From an uncultured Verrucomicrobiae bacterium (lineage in GTDB: Bacteria > Verrucomicrobiota > Verrucomicrobiia > Palsa-1439): a stretch of DNA of 64,000 nucleotides. The notes beneath the pieces are model-generated. The model was not told the DNA's origin and ran no database searches. It worked only from the letters and a program-made list of their open reading frames with translations. The stretch covers positions 64,001 through 128,000 of the forward strand of contig CAWEWF010000006.1 of assembly GCA_963812605.1 (NCBI GenBank). The letters are read 5' to 3'. A program made the translations under genes and the position numbers. Position 1 is the stretch's first letter. The number at the start of each line of letters is the position of its first letter. Positions 33,921-43,727 of this stretch are shown here, piece after piece.

Positions 33921-35105
33921 ATGGGAACTCCCGACGAACAATTGGATCTTCTCGCACAGGGTTGCGAGAGCGTCGTCACCCGCGACGAGTTGAAGAAAAA
34001 ACTCGGGTTGGACCGGCCACTCCGCGTCAAACTCGGTTGCGACCCGACCGCACCCGATTTGCATCTCGGCCACAGCGTCGTGTTGCGCAAGCTCCGCCAG
34101 TTTCAAGACCTCGGCCACAAGGCGGTGCTGATCATCGGCGATTACACCGCGCTCGTGGGCGATCCGACCGGCCAGAACAAGACGCGACCTATGCTTAGCG
34201 AAGCCGATATCGACCGCAACGCGAAGACGTATTTCGACCAGGCCGGGAAGATTCTTGATACCGCTCCGGACAAACTGGAAATCCGCCGCAACAGCGAATG
34301 GCTGGCCGGGATGCGTCTGGTCGACGTGCTCAAGCTCATGAGCCAGATGAGCGTGGCGCGCATGCTGGAGCGTGACACCTTTGAGAAACGCTACAAGGCC
34401 GATGTGACCATTGGCCTTCACGAGTTTCTCTACCCGCTCATGCAGGGCCATGATTCGGTCATGGTCAAAGCGGATGTCGAACTAGGTGGGACCGACCAGT
34501 TATTCAATAACCTGGTCGGGCGCGACCTGCAGCGCGATGCGGGCCAGGAGCCCCAAGTCGTCATGATTCTCCCCATTCTCGAAGGACTCGACGGCGTCGA
34601 GAAGATGTCCAAGAGCAAGGGCAACTACATCGGCATCAGCGACACGCCCAAAGATATGTTCGGCAAGACCATGAGCATCGGTGATGAGGCGATGTGGAAG
34701 TGGTACGTGCTTCTCCTCAGCAAGACTCCGGGTGAAATTGCCGACTTGAAAAAGGGTCACCCGATGGAAGCGAAGAAGGCCCTCGCCCACGCCATCGTCG
34801 CGCAATATTACGATGCCACGTCCGCCGACCACGCGCGCGAGGATTTTGAGAAACAGTTTTCAAAAAAAGACCTGTCGGAAATCGCGGAGAAACTCAGTGT
34901 GCCAGCCGGTGAGATTTGGATTGTCGAGTTGGTAGAGAAAACCGGGAAGTTCAAAAGCCGTGGTGACATCCGCCGCATCATCCAACAGGGCGGCGTCACG
35001 TTGGACGGCCAGAAAATCACCGACGACAAGACCAAGGTCAATGTCCGCGATGGGCAGGTCCTCAAAGCCGGCAAGCTGGTCGTCGTCAAGCTGACGGTTG
35101 CCTAA
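33921..35105 (+). CDS. tyrS: Tyrosine--tRNA ligase
   Basis: DPTAPDLHLGH, GGTDQ, KMSKS, C-terminal S4 domain. Confidence 0.97.
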   Translation: MGTPDEQLDLLAQGCESVVTRDELKKKLGLDRPLRVKLGCDPTAPDLHLGHSVVLRKLRQFQDLGHKAVLIIGDYTALVGDPTGQNKTRPMLSEADIDRNAKTYFDQAGKILDTAPDKLEIRRNSEWLAGMRLVDVLKLMSQMSVARMLERDTFEKRYKADVTIGLHEFLYPLMQGHDSVMVKADVELGGTDQLFNNLVGRDLQRDAGQEPQVVMILPILEGLDGVEKMSKSKGNYIGISDTPKDMFGKTMSIGDEAMWKWYVLLLSKTPGEIADLKKGHPMEAKKALAHAIVAQYYDATSADHAREDFEKQFSKKDLSEIAEKLSVPAGEIWIVELVEKTGKFKSRGDIRRIIQQGGVTLDGQKITDDKTKVNVRDGQVLKAGKLVVVKLTVA

Positions 35106-35126
35106 CGCCGCCCTTTCTCGTACACT
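35098..35126 (+). promoter_or_regulatory. Sigma-70-type promoter for tRNA-like unit 1
   Basis: TTGCCT-N17-TACACT, 13 nt upstream of CGGGACG. Confidence 0.7.
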
Positions 35127-35139
35127 CCCTAACTTGGAC

Positions 35140-35198
35140 CGGGACGTAGCTCAGCTTGGATTAGAGCGTCCCGAGCACGAAGTGGCTCGGGAAGGTCG
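35140..35198 (+). ncRNA. tRNA-Pro-derived unit 1 (5' acceptor strand, D arm, replaced anticodon arm; no T arm)
   Basis: CGGGACGTAGCTCAGCTTGGATTAGAGCG TCCCGAGC ACGAAGTG GCTCGGGA AGGTCG. Confidence 0.7.
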
Positions 35199-35225
35199 CC
35201 GGATAGCTTTATATTGTAAAATGTA

Positions 35226-35311
35226 CGGGACGTAGCTCAGCTTGGATTAGAGCGTCCCGAGCATGAGGTGGCTCGGGAAGGTCGGAGGTTCAAATCCTGT
35301 CGTCCCGACCA
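35226..35311 (+). ncRNA. Full-length tRNA-like RNA with an 8-bp/8-nt hairpin in place of the anticodon arm
   Basis: Acceptor CGGGACG/CGTCCCG + ACCA; D arm; TCCCGAGC-ATGAGGTG-GCTCGGGA; T loop TTCAAAT (one G-G mismatch in the T stem). Confidence 0.8.
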
Positions 35312-35320
35312 CTTTTTCCC

Positions 35321-35641
35321 ATGTATTTTGTTTACATTCTCCAGAGCCTGAGCACTGACCGGTTCTACGTTGGTCAGTGCGATCACCTCATTGAGCGATT
35401 CCTTGAGCATCAGCGTGGCGCCAATCTGGCAACTCGCAATCGTGGCCCATGGTGGATGCCCTATTTCGAAATCCATTCCAGTCGCTCCGACGCTCTCAAA
35501 CGCGAACGTCAGATCAAATCCGCAAAGAGCGCGGAAAGCATACGCCGAATCATCAAGAGCGGTACGTCCGAATTGTACGCTTCGGAGCTCAGCTTGGATG
35601 AGAGCATCCCGAGCACATCAATGCTCCGGGAAGGTCGTTGA
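35321..35641 (+). CDS. Small stand-alone GIY-YIG nuclease
   Basis: YFVYIL..FYVG..R..EH..T..RGPW..E..A..RERQIK signature. Confidence 0.92.
   Translation: MYFVYILQSLSTDRFYVGQCDHLIERFLEHQRGANLATRNRGPWWMPYFEIHSSRSDALKRERQIKSAKSAESIRRIIKSGTSELYASELSLDESIPSTSMLREGR
35586..35637 (+). repeat. Degenerate tRNA-like unit 3, encoding the GIY-YIG C-terminal tail
   Basis: AGCTCAGCTTGGATGAGAGCA TCCCGAGCA CATCAA TGCTCCGGGA AGGTCG. Confidence 0.75.
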
Positions 35642-35666
35642 TATCGCCACCCCGTTCGCGTACACT
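35638..35666 (+). promoter_or_regulatory. Sigma-70-type promoter for tRNA-Pro
   Basis: TTGATA-N17-TACACT, exactly 540 bp after the first promoter. Confidence 0.7.
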
Positions 35667-35678
35667 CTTCCCCGGTTC

Positions 35679-35718
35679 CGGGACGTAGCTCAGCTTGGAT
35701 TAGAGCGCCTGCCTTGGG
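35679..35718 (+). tRNA. tRNA-Pro(TGG) 5' half, interrupted in the anticodon loop (probable att site)
   Basis: CGGGACGTAGCTCAGCTTGGATTAGAGCGCCTGCCTTGGG followed by non-tRNA sequence. Confidence 0.8.
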
Positions 35719-35834
35719 CGTCAAGAAAGCACTTTTCTGCTTTTAGCTATCGCTATCTTAGCCAATGTTTACGGCATTTTTCTGATTTCCGCTTTTGCCC
35801 GGTTTAGCCGAAATATGCCCCAAAAGACCAATGG

Positions 35835-35859
35835 AGTATCAAATGGCAGTATCAAATGG
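35835..35859. repeat. Tandem 12-bp direct repeat (possible integrase arm-type sites)
   Basis: AGTATCAAATGG C AGTATCAAATGG. Confidence 0.55.
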
Positions 35860-36087
35860 GCACTTCGATGAAAGCCCCTGCCGTCGGAGAAATTGGCGTC
35901 AATACGATCTGATACAAAGGAACCAAACCGAGTGCGGCGCTCGGAATATTCTTTCGGTCAGATTCAGAATTCCCAAATAACAAAACTCTTTTGCAGGGCC
36001 ATTGGGGTATGGATTCAACACGTCCAATCAGCATTAATGGGCGGAGGTTAAAACCTGCCGCCCACCAATGAAGAATCATAACTCTCG

Positions 36088-36783
36088 TTATGGAAGCAAC
36101 TGACGTTCCAAGGTCATCTGTCCGAATGGAAGAAGAGTGACGTTTGTAGATCCATTTTCAAAGATGACGTTGGCAACGCCAATCAGGTGCGCCTCGCCAG
36201 CAATTTCCTTGTCCTTAACTTTGTCATCCAAGTCTTTGACCGCCGCATCCGCGAAACCTCGGTCGTGTCCACGATCAATATCCACCAGTACCGCTCGCGG
36301 ACAACCATTTGTGGGATTCAGGTAAATCCTTCCAGCAACTGTCAGGAATCCACCCACCAAAAAGCCATTCGTATTAACGCCCATGCGCATGACAAAGCGT
36401 TCGTGGTTCGGACCCAGCGATGAAGCGCTGTCCTGGCCGGTCAAAGCGTAAACATTTGTGCTACTCGCAATGTCCAAGATGTTGCTCGAAAGAGCGGCGT
36501 CGAAGACAACTAATTTCGCCGACGCCGAGTCGCAGCTAATCTCCAAGGCCAATACACGGTTGGTCTGCACTACAGTGGGACTCTCGCCCAAAGCCAGATT
36601 AACCAAGTCATGCCCCGCAAAGGTATCGAACGCGAGCAGATCCGTGTTGGTAGCTACGGGATTTGGCACTTGAAATGCCGCGTTGACTACAGCGGTATCG
36701 CGGAATGTGCCGCCGTTTACCGAAACCGCGAACGCCATTACCACAAAAGCTGCCCCAATTCTTACCCATCCTTGTGCCTTCAT
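36088..36783 (-). CDS. Secreted hypothetical protein
   Basis: Signal peptide MKAQGWVRIGAAFVVMAFAVSVNG; AGGAG RBS. Confidence 0.75.
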   Translation of the reverse strand: MKAQGWVRIGAAFVVMAFAVSVNGGTFRDTAVVNAAFQVPNPVATNTDLLAFDTFAGHDLVNLALGESPTVVQTNRVLALEISCDSASAKLVVFDAALSSNILDIASSTNVYALTGQDSASSLGPNHERFVMRMGVNTNGFLVGGFLTVAGRIYLNPTNGCPRAVLVDIDRGHDRGFADAAVKDLDDKVKDKEIAGEAHLIGVANVIFENGSTNVTLLPFGQMTLERQLLP

Positions 36784-37043
36784 CGATGCATTACTCCTAA
36801 CTCGGTTTGTTTTACAGCCGGGATTGCTGGCCGAGTGCGCAGTCCCAACCACTTTCATAGACCCGTTTATTTAGTATGGGCGGTCCAATTTCCGGACGCT
36901 GATAATGTCTGGCGACGATTGGGCTTACAATCGGCTCTCAACGGAAAAATCCCTAGGATAGTCCCCTATATCGCGTTGCAGCGTGCAAGGGTTGCAGAAC
37001 CCGGCAATTTAATCGTCGATTGATGAAAGACGCGAGCTAGCTG

Positions 37044-37471
37044 CTAGTGTTGGGCGCTTCTTTGACGCCGGATTCTTTGTGTAACTTCCAGCTCCCAACC
37101 GCGACGCACAACGGGACGAAAACGCGACCAAGCATTTTCTTCGCCCGGGTACGCCCTTTCCCAATCTTCCTCCAATTTGGAATCCAGATCGCCGTTCCAA
37201 ACGGAGAACTGTTTCCCGTACCGCAATTGGGCTCCATACCCAAAGCGGTATGCAGGCTCGACTTCCTCAAAGGTAGGAATCTGGCGAGGAGGTATGGGTT
37301 CCTTGCCGGCTGCCTGCTTCAAAGTATCGCTTACTTGCTGATTGGTATCAGGCTCATTACCCCCAAAGTCGTGCTTCGTTTGATCCCAGTCGCGTTGCAC
37401 GGCGGTTTTGACTCGCTCCCAAGCCGTGTCGTTTTCTGGGTCCACCAAACTGGATTCTTGTACTTGCCCAT
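37044..37471 (-). pseudogene. Conserved hypothetical protein, frameshift near the 5' end
   Basis: MGKYKNPVWW in one frame continues as ENDTAWERVK..EPAYRFGYGA in another. Confidence 0.55.
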
Positions 37472-37651
37472 TCTGTTTCGCGCCTCCATGGTAGTCTTTT
37501 GGTTATACTGCGATTGTTCACGAACCTAAACCATGAGACTTGGGAGTTCTATGAGGCTGCGACCCGAATTGCTCATAGGCCGAATTCCTAAAGCTGGCCG
37601 TCAGGCTGGAGCGGCCGTTGACGAACATGCAGTAGCGGTGGAGAATAAGGC

Positions 37652-37888
37652 ATGGAGCCAATTTCAGAAACTTACCGAAATCATCAAATTGAAATCCTAG
37701 ATGAACCTTTCGCCATCGAGACTCTGGCAATGGGGACTCTATCGCCCAACATCGGGCGCAAGGCGGTCATAAAAGTCGACGGCGATGATGTCACCGATAA
37801 ATGTGATTCTGGCGACAAGTCATCGCCTGAATCGATGATTGCCAGCGCACGCCGATATGTCGATCAGAAGTTTTTCTCGAAAACGTAA
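37652..37888 (+). CDS. Small hypothetical protein
   Basis: 78-aa ORF with upstream purine-rich RBS. Confidence 0.55.
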   Translation: MEPISETYRNHQIEILDEPFAIETLAMGTLSPNIGRKAVIKVDGDDVTDKCDSGDKSSPESMIASARRYVDQKFFSKT

Positions 37889-38049
37889 ACACCAATACCC
37901 TCCACCCGCTGCTACCGAGTACAGTTGGTGCCCTAATCTGGCAATTTCGCAACTTGCGTCGGGTTGTATGAGTGAAATAAAATGCCGACGTGGCAAAGGT
38001 CCGTTTCGCTACTTCTCAGACTCAACCGTTCGTTTGAACCCGTGAAAGA

Positions 38050-38556
38050 CTAGTTGGCGATACGCTCCGCTGTGTTCTTAGTCATTACCCGACGGATGAG
38101 CTGCAAGGCTTCTTGGATGCGAAATGATTTGCGGATGTAGCCGTCAATCTGATGGCGGGCGAGGATCGGGCGCAATCGTAGTTCCTCAACGCCTGAAACA
38201 ATAATCACTTTCACGTCTGGACTCAGTTTCTTCAGGCATTCGAAAGTTTTGGATCCGTCAAGCTGCGGCATGTTGTAGTCCAGCAATACCAGGTGGAATT
38301 TGTCCTTCTCACGCGCGAACTTCTCGAGAGCCCTAACGGGATTCGCCTCTGAGATAACTTCGAATCCGAAGGGCTCGAGCAGTTGCGTGATAAGGGTGCG
38401 AAACTCGTCGTTATCGTCAATCGCCATAACTCGGAAGCTGGCGCTGGCCGGCGCAACTGAGTTGACCGCGTCGATGCCCAATTGTACGAGTGTGTCGGCT
38501 TGTTCAGTTGGTGGTAGCATCCAATCCTTTTTTTTGCGCGTATTGACATACAGCAT
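38050..38556 (-). CDS. Stand-alone response regulator receiver
   Basis: AIDD, LLDYNMPQLDG, IIVSG. Confidence 0.85.
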   Translation of the reverse strand: MLYVNTRKKKDWMLPPTEQADTLVQLGIDAVNSVAPASASFRVMAIDDNDEFRTLITQLLEPFGFEVISEANPVRALEKFAREKDKFHLVLLDYNMPQLDGSKTFECLKKLSPDVKVIIVSGVEELRLRPILARHQIDGYIRKSFRIQEALQLIRRVMTKNTAERIAN

Positions 38557-38862
38557 TACGCTTGCCAGCTTGATGGCGAACCGCCTTTCTTCCCTAAATC
38601 AGCAGTATCCGGTGGGCGCGACGACAGTTTCCATTCGCCGGTTGCGAATCTCCTATTCCGGCTTACGTTTCAACGGGGGAGTCGAGACGCTCTCTTTTGG
38701 GTAGGATTATTCAGCCGCATTGGGTCGGCTGGGTTTGCTAAAAGTGGAGCCTCGACTCTCCCTTTTATTTCCGTGGCCCACATCCTTCCCGCCAAAACGG
38801 GCGGATGATCCATTAAGGGTACTATAGCTCTTGCGGTTCGATTTCCACCCCGAGGATTTCAG

Positions 38863-39508
38863 TTAGCGATCCAGGATCTCGCTTATCTTTTTAAGGTCGA
38901 CGATGAACTTTTTAGTTTCGCGCTCTCGTGTCTTTCGGTCAGGAACGCGCAACAACGAAGAGGGGTGCACAGTGGCAAACACAAACGGCGCCAAAGAAGA
39001 TTCGACCAGTTTACCGCGATCTTTCATGACTCGGAAATCTCACCCTAAAAGAGTCTTGGCCGCTGTAGCGCCGAGGCAGACAATGATTCGTGGTTTAACA
39101 AGCGTGATCTCGGCGTCCAGCCAGGGCCGGCACGCTGCGATTTCCGCCGCATTGGGTGTGTCGTGCATGTGGCGCTTGCCTGCTGGTTTCCACTTGAAAT
39201 GCTTTACGACATTGGTCACATAAAGTTTGGAGCGATCAACGCCTGTCGGCCTGAAGAGAACGATCGAGAAGCTGTCCCGCGGTACCCACAAACGGTTTTC
39301 CTTCGATGTCCTCATGAAAACCCGGTTGCTCACCAACCAGCATCACTTTCGCGCTCGGTTTTCCCTCGCCGAAAACCGTTTGCTTTCCAAGCCTCCATAA
39401 ATGACATCCTTTGCACCCTTTGGCTGATTTCTGAAGCGAAGAAAATGTTAGATGGGCGGGAATCAAATCCGCCGCGGAGGCGGAATGTTTCTTTTTATTT
39501 GACTCCAT
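38863..39508 (-). pseudogene. UdgX-type family 4 uracil-DNA glycosylase, disrupted
   Basis: CKGC, GEQPG, TNVVKHFKW..GKRHMH, HPSSLLR; frameshift near 39245 and in-frame TGA at 39040-39042. Confidence 0.85.
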
Positions 39509-39715
39509 ACTTACTGTACTCCACTCTCAATGAGCGCTCATTTATTAGGATTGACGGACTTTTGCCTGGCTTACGAGCGGCCTCTTTTTGGCCACTGGCT
39601 TGTTCTCTGCGGCGACGCTCCCCGGGCCGTTCGCGATTTCTGAGGTTCACGCGGAGAACACTTATTCGGCCGTGTGCTCACAGTTTTTTGTTCCGTCACA
39701 AAGTTTCCTTCTTTC

Positions 39716-40762
39716 TTAACGAGAGTCACCTTTTGGGAATAGCACCTTGTCGGGGTGCGCTCTCAGTTCCACAAGCAATTGTTTGATGAGCTTCGTCTTG
39801 ATCCGACCGGCTTGCTTGGGATGAACGAGATACCGGACTATGGCCTCGACCCAAGTATTGTCGTTGATCCGGAAGAAAGCCGAAGGATGTTCACGCACTT
39901 CAAGTTCGTCCACCGGCGCTTGTGCCAGTAGGTGACGGAATTTATCCACACCCATTTTCATGTCCTCACCGATTTCTCGTTGGACAACTTTTTGCATCGT
40001 AGAAGCGACGAACTCGAAGTCGCTCTGGTAAGCTATCTGGAATTTGATTTCGTTCCAGACATACGGGAATAGTGGCCACGAATAATTGTAAACTGCAGTG
40101 TTGAATACCGACGAATTGGGAAATTGAATAATCCTCCCGCTCGGATGGTCGCTCGATAAATAATCACCACCGAACTCCCAAAGCCGTGTGTCCAAATAGC
40201 CAACTTCGATGACATCCCCGGAGGAGTCGCCAATCTTGATCCTGTCGCCGATTCCGTAAGGGTGACGGATCAAAATATAAATCCAGGCAAAAAAACTGGC
40301 CAGTGGGGACTGAAGAGCGAGTCCCAAGATGAGGGAACCGAGTCCCAGGGAAACCGCTGCAGCGTACCAATGTTGAAAAATCAGGGAAAGCGTGCTGAAA
40401 AGTAAAACAATTCCGGTGACCAGCCACAGGATTCTCTTCAGATTATACCGCGACGCAGCGTCTTCCAAATGCTCAATGGTATATATCTGAATCAAAAATG
40501 CCACGCAGACCGCCGCGGCACAAATAATGGCAGCCGTAACCGCGGACACAACAAGGGGAAAGGATTCTTTTGCGTGTGCGAATAATTGCGATGCCAAGAG
40601 CAAACGTATTACAATTAAAAGAGCGAGAATTGAGGCTGCGATAGCCAGAGACTGATGGTGGTCAACCGACGAATTTGTCAGACCGTCGTGTACGGACCTG
40701 GTCTGGCTTAGCTCGCGTTGTACGTCTTGTGGTTTGGGCTCTTCTGAGTTTTCCTGCTTCAT
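39716..40762 (-). CDS. MscS-family mechanosensitive channel
   Basis: GLALQ..PYGIGDRIKIG..GDVIEVG..FPNS. Confidence 0.88.
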   Translation of the reverse strand: MKQENSEEPKPQDVQRELSQTRSVHDGLTNSSVDHHQSLAIAASILALLIVIRLLLASQLFAHAKESFPLVVSAVTAAIICAAAVCVAFLIQIYTIEHLEDAASRYNLKRILWLVTGIVLLFSTLSLIFQHWYAAAVSLGLGSLILGLALQSPLASFFAWIYILIRHPYGIGDRIKIGDSSGDVIEVGYLDTRLWEFGGDYLSSDHPSGRIIQFPNSSVFNTAVYNYSWPLFPYVWNEIKFQIAYQSDFEFVASTMQKVVQREIGEDMKMGVDKFRHLLAQAPVDELEVREHPSAFFRINDNTWVEAIVRYLVHPKQAGRIKTKLIKQLLVELRAHPDKVLFPKGDSR

Positions 40763-40867
40763 TTGCTCTTGGCCAAATCCCTTTCGGCCGGACATGCCAA
40801 TGAACCTACATAAGATAGGCGACAACATCAATTGGGTCGGATGCGGATTGCTTTCTCGGAAAATGAC

Positions 40868-42157
40868 CTAAAAGGATGTTACCGCAAGGCCTACCGCGGC
40901 TGCGGCCATGACGCCTACTGCTGACCAACCCAAAAGATTCGTCCATGGCCCGTTGGTTTTATCACCCATGATTTTTGGATTATTTGAGATCAGCAAGATC
41001 AGGACGAGCAGCGGCGGAGCGAGAAATCCATTGATGACGGCCGTCCAAAAAAGGGCTTTCATCGGATTGATGCCCAGGAAATTTATAGAGACACCGAGTA
41101 AAGTGCAAACTAGCATCACCGTGTAGAATCGTTTTGCGGCGCCGAGCTTCGCATCAAGGCGGCCGCGCCATCCGAACATAGCGCAAACAGCGTAGGCTAC
41201 CGACCCCGTCAAAATAGGTACTGCCAGACAACCGGCTCCGATCAGACCGACTGCCAACAGAATGTACGCACCCTCGCCCGCCAATGGGCGCAATGCTTGC
41301 GCCGCATCGGTGGCTGATTGAATATCCGTCTTCCCGACTTTGAAAAGTGTGGCGCCGGAGGAAAGAATGATGAAATACATCACGACATTGGAAAAGAGCA
41401 TTCCGGTAATCGTGTCCCAACCAGCTGCCCGTAACTCTCCTTTTGTACTCCCCTTGCGCGCTGCCACTGTCGTTCGTCCTCGTTTAATGTCCTCTTCTAC
41501 TTCCTGATTGCTTTGCCAGAAGAAGAGGTAGGGCGAAATAGTGGTTCCCAAAATGGCAACAAGCGCCGACAGAAATTTCCCGTCGAGACTCAGGCGAGGC
41601 ACAAGAGTCCCGCGTATGACTTCCAGGAAATCAGGTTTGGCAAAGAGAGCAGCCCCAATGTAGGCGAATAGCGCAAGGCTCAACCACTTAAAGACTTGAG
41701 CGATTAAGCGATAAGAACCCCATACTTGAAGTGCCAGTAGAAGTAAGCCTACTGGCAACACCAGAACGCGGATCGGAATCGGTGCCAAAAGATTGATCGC
41801 CGCCGCTATCGCGCCGATGTCAGTTCCCGCGTTGATTGTATTCGCCACGGCTAGCGCGATGATGACCACAAATAGGAGCGAACGCGGATAGTGTTGTTTT
41901 AGTACGCCGGTCAATCCCCGACCAGTGACCATGCCGATTTTACCGCAAATATACTGTACAGCGGTCATTAGGGGAAAAGTGGCTAATGCGGTCCATAGAG
42001 TAGCGTACCCTAGAGAGGCACCCACTTGGGCGTAGGTTGCGATCCCCGAAGGATCATCATCGGACGCTCCAGTCACGAAGCCAGGGCCAAGTGTCTGCAA
42101 AAAGCGAACGAAGGGATTCTTTTTTTCTGCTCGCTCCTGATGCGGTTGTTTCGCCAT
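40868..42157 (-). CDS. NRAMP-like divalent metal transporter
   Basis: LGPGFVTGASDDDPSGIATY, GTTISPYLFFWQ. Confidence 0.9.
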   Translation of the reverse strand: MAKQPHQERAEKKNPFVRFLQTLGPGFVTGASDDDPSGIATYAQVGASLGYATLWTALATFPLMTAVQYICGKIGMVTGRGLTGVLKQHYPRSLLFVVIIALAVANTINAGTDIGAIAAAINLLAPIPIRVLVLPVGLLLLALQVWGSYRLIAQVFKWLSLALFAYIGAALFAKPDFLEVIRGTLVPRLSLDGKFLSALVAILGTTISPYLFFWQSNQEVEEDIKRGRTTVAARKGSTKGELRAAGWDTITGMLFSNVVMYFIILSSGATLFKVGKTDIQSATDAAQALRPLAGEGAYILLAVGLIGAGCLAVPILTGSVAYAVCAMFGWRGRLDAKLGAAKRFYTVMLVCTLLGVSINFLGINPMKALFWTAVINGFLAPPLLVLILLISNNPKIMGDKTNGPWTNLLGWSAVGVMAAAAVGLAVTSF

Positions 42158-42169
42158 AGCCGAGTTTGA

Positions 42170-43060
42170 CTATGCCGCTGTTGTTTCGCCGCCAAGCAGT
42201 GTCAAAACCTCGCCAGTGATGTAGCCGGAGTCCGCCTCGGAGGCAAAGAACACGTAGGCAGGAGCGATTTCTTCCGGCTGCGCTGGGCGACCCAGTGGAG
42301 TATCGGCTCCAAATAGTCGGATCTCCTTTTCGTTTTTTCGTTCGGCAGGGTTAAGCGGCGTCCACACAGGACCCGGTGCGACGCAATTCACTCGAATGCC
42401 GCGTTTAATCAACATTTTCGCCAGGGTCTTCGTGAATGCGTGAATTGCGCCCTTGGTAGAGGAGTAATCAAGGAGGCCCTCGCTGCCTTCCAAGCCAGTG
42501 ATGGAGCCGGTATCGATGATCACCGAACCTTTTTTCAGGTAAGGCAACACCGCTTGGACTATATGGAAATAGCCGTAGATATTTGTGCGGAAAGTCTTGT
42601 CCCACTGTCGCTCAGTGAGCTTTTCGATTTCGTCGCAGTGACATTGAAATGCGGCGTTGTTAACGACGATGTCGAGTTTGCCTAATTGTTCGAGCACCTT
42701 TTTGACGGCGTGCTTGCAGAAACTGGCGGAACGCACGTCCCCGCTAATATCTATCGCGCTACGACCGATGCTACGAACGGTTTCGACAGTAAGGGCCGCA
42801 TCCTTTCGTTCCTGAGGTAAATGCAAAATCGCCACGTCCGCGCCTTCCCGGGCCAAAAGTACTGCTACAGAACGCCCGATGCCGCTATCACCGCCGGTAA
42901 TTAGGGCGACTTTGTCATTCAGTTTGCCGGCCGCGTGATAATGTGACGCGAGAAATTGTGGCGGCGGATTGAGGCGGTACTCCTGTCCAGGAGGGCGCTG
43001 ATTTCGTTGTGATGGAAACGGAGGTTTTGGTTTGACGCTTGTAGAGCTTTTAGCCTTCAT
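42170..43060 (-). CDS. SDR oxidoreductase (YhdF/YghA general-stress type)
   Basis: TGGDSGIGR, NNAAFQ, YSSTKGAI, PGPVWTPL. Confidence 0.92.
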   Translation of the reverse strand: MKAKSSTSVKPKPPFPSQRNQRPPGQEYRLNPPPQFLASHYHAAGKLNDKVALITGGDSGIGRSVAVLLAREGADVAILHLPQERKDAALTVETVRSIGRSAIDISGDVRSASFCKHAVKKVLEQLGKLDIVVNNAAFQCHCDEIEKLTERQWDKTFRTNIYGYFHIVQAVLPYLKKGSVIIDTGSITGLEGSEGLLDYSSTKGAIHAFTKTLAKMLIKRGIRVNCVAPGPVWTPLNPAERKNEKEIRLFGADTPLGRPAQPEEIAPAYVFFASEADSGYITGEVLTLLGGETTAA

Positions 43061-43477
43061 ACTGGACAAAATATATGCCCACCTCCTGTGAAACAATGGG
43101 ACAACGGCTGATTGATGACTCGGAACAAAGCAGAGCGGTCACGGTCCCGTATTCCCTTAATGAGAGGAGGGAAGATGTAAAAGCGATCTGGCTTGGGGGC
43201 CAACTGCGGGGATAGCACACCCCGAGAAACGTGCCCGAACGAAGGGGAATGATTGCGACAATGTGCACAACTCCTATCGTCGCTTCGATTCTCACAACGG
43301 CCTCCATCTCACATCGCGCGAACCTACTGGCTCGGACGGATTCGGGGATCGCCGCCCTCTGCGTCGTGAGCGAAGCAACCTTACGGGTTGCACAAAGACA
43401 AATGGGGAGTATCATCGCAACGTCGAATCGCATAATCAAAGACGTTTTACGGCGCTTCTCGCGAATGGAGACAAACT

Positions 43478-43675
43478 ATGCCGCTGATTAATGTCGTAGT
43501 GACCCTGATTGTGGTCGGAGTCCTGCTCTGGCTTGTTAACAATTACATCCCGATGGATGGCAAAATTAAACAAATTCTTAACGTAGTGGTGGTGATTTGC
43601 GTAGTAGTTTGGCTGCTGTATGCTTTTGGAATTATCAATCACGCCGGGGATATTAAGGTTCCGCAGGTGCATTAA
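43478..43675 (+). CDS. Small membrane protein (Thivi_2564-like)
   Basis: LIVVGVLLWLVNNYIPMDGKIKQILNVVV; GGAG RBS. Confidence 0.8.
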   Translation: MPLINVVVTLIVVGVLLWLVNNYIPMDGKIKQILNVVVVICVVVWLLYAFGIINHAGDIKVPQVH

Positions 43676-43727
43676 GAAAGATTTCTCCATCGCCAGCGGG
43701 AAAATCTCGTTGTTAGAATGCTGCATC

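Noticed and set aside
35226-35311. Ordinary tRNA, tRNA-Sec or intron-containing tRNA
   Set aside because: No 5-bp/7-nt anticodon arm, no TCA anticodon or long variable arm, and removing a segment does not regenerate the Pro arm.
35140-35718. CRISPR array (repeated 29-nt unit)
   Set aside because: The repeats are tRNA-derived, spacing is irregular, and there are no cas genes.
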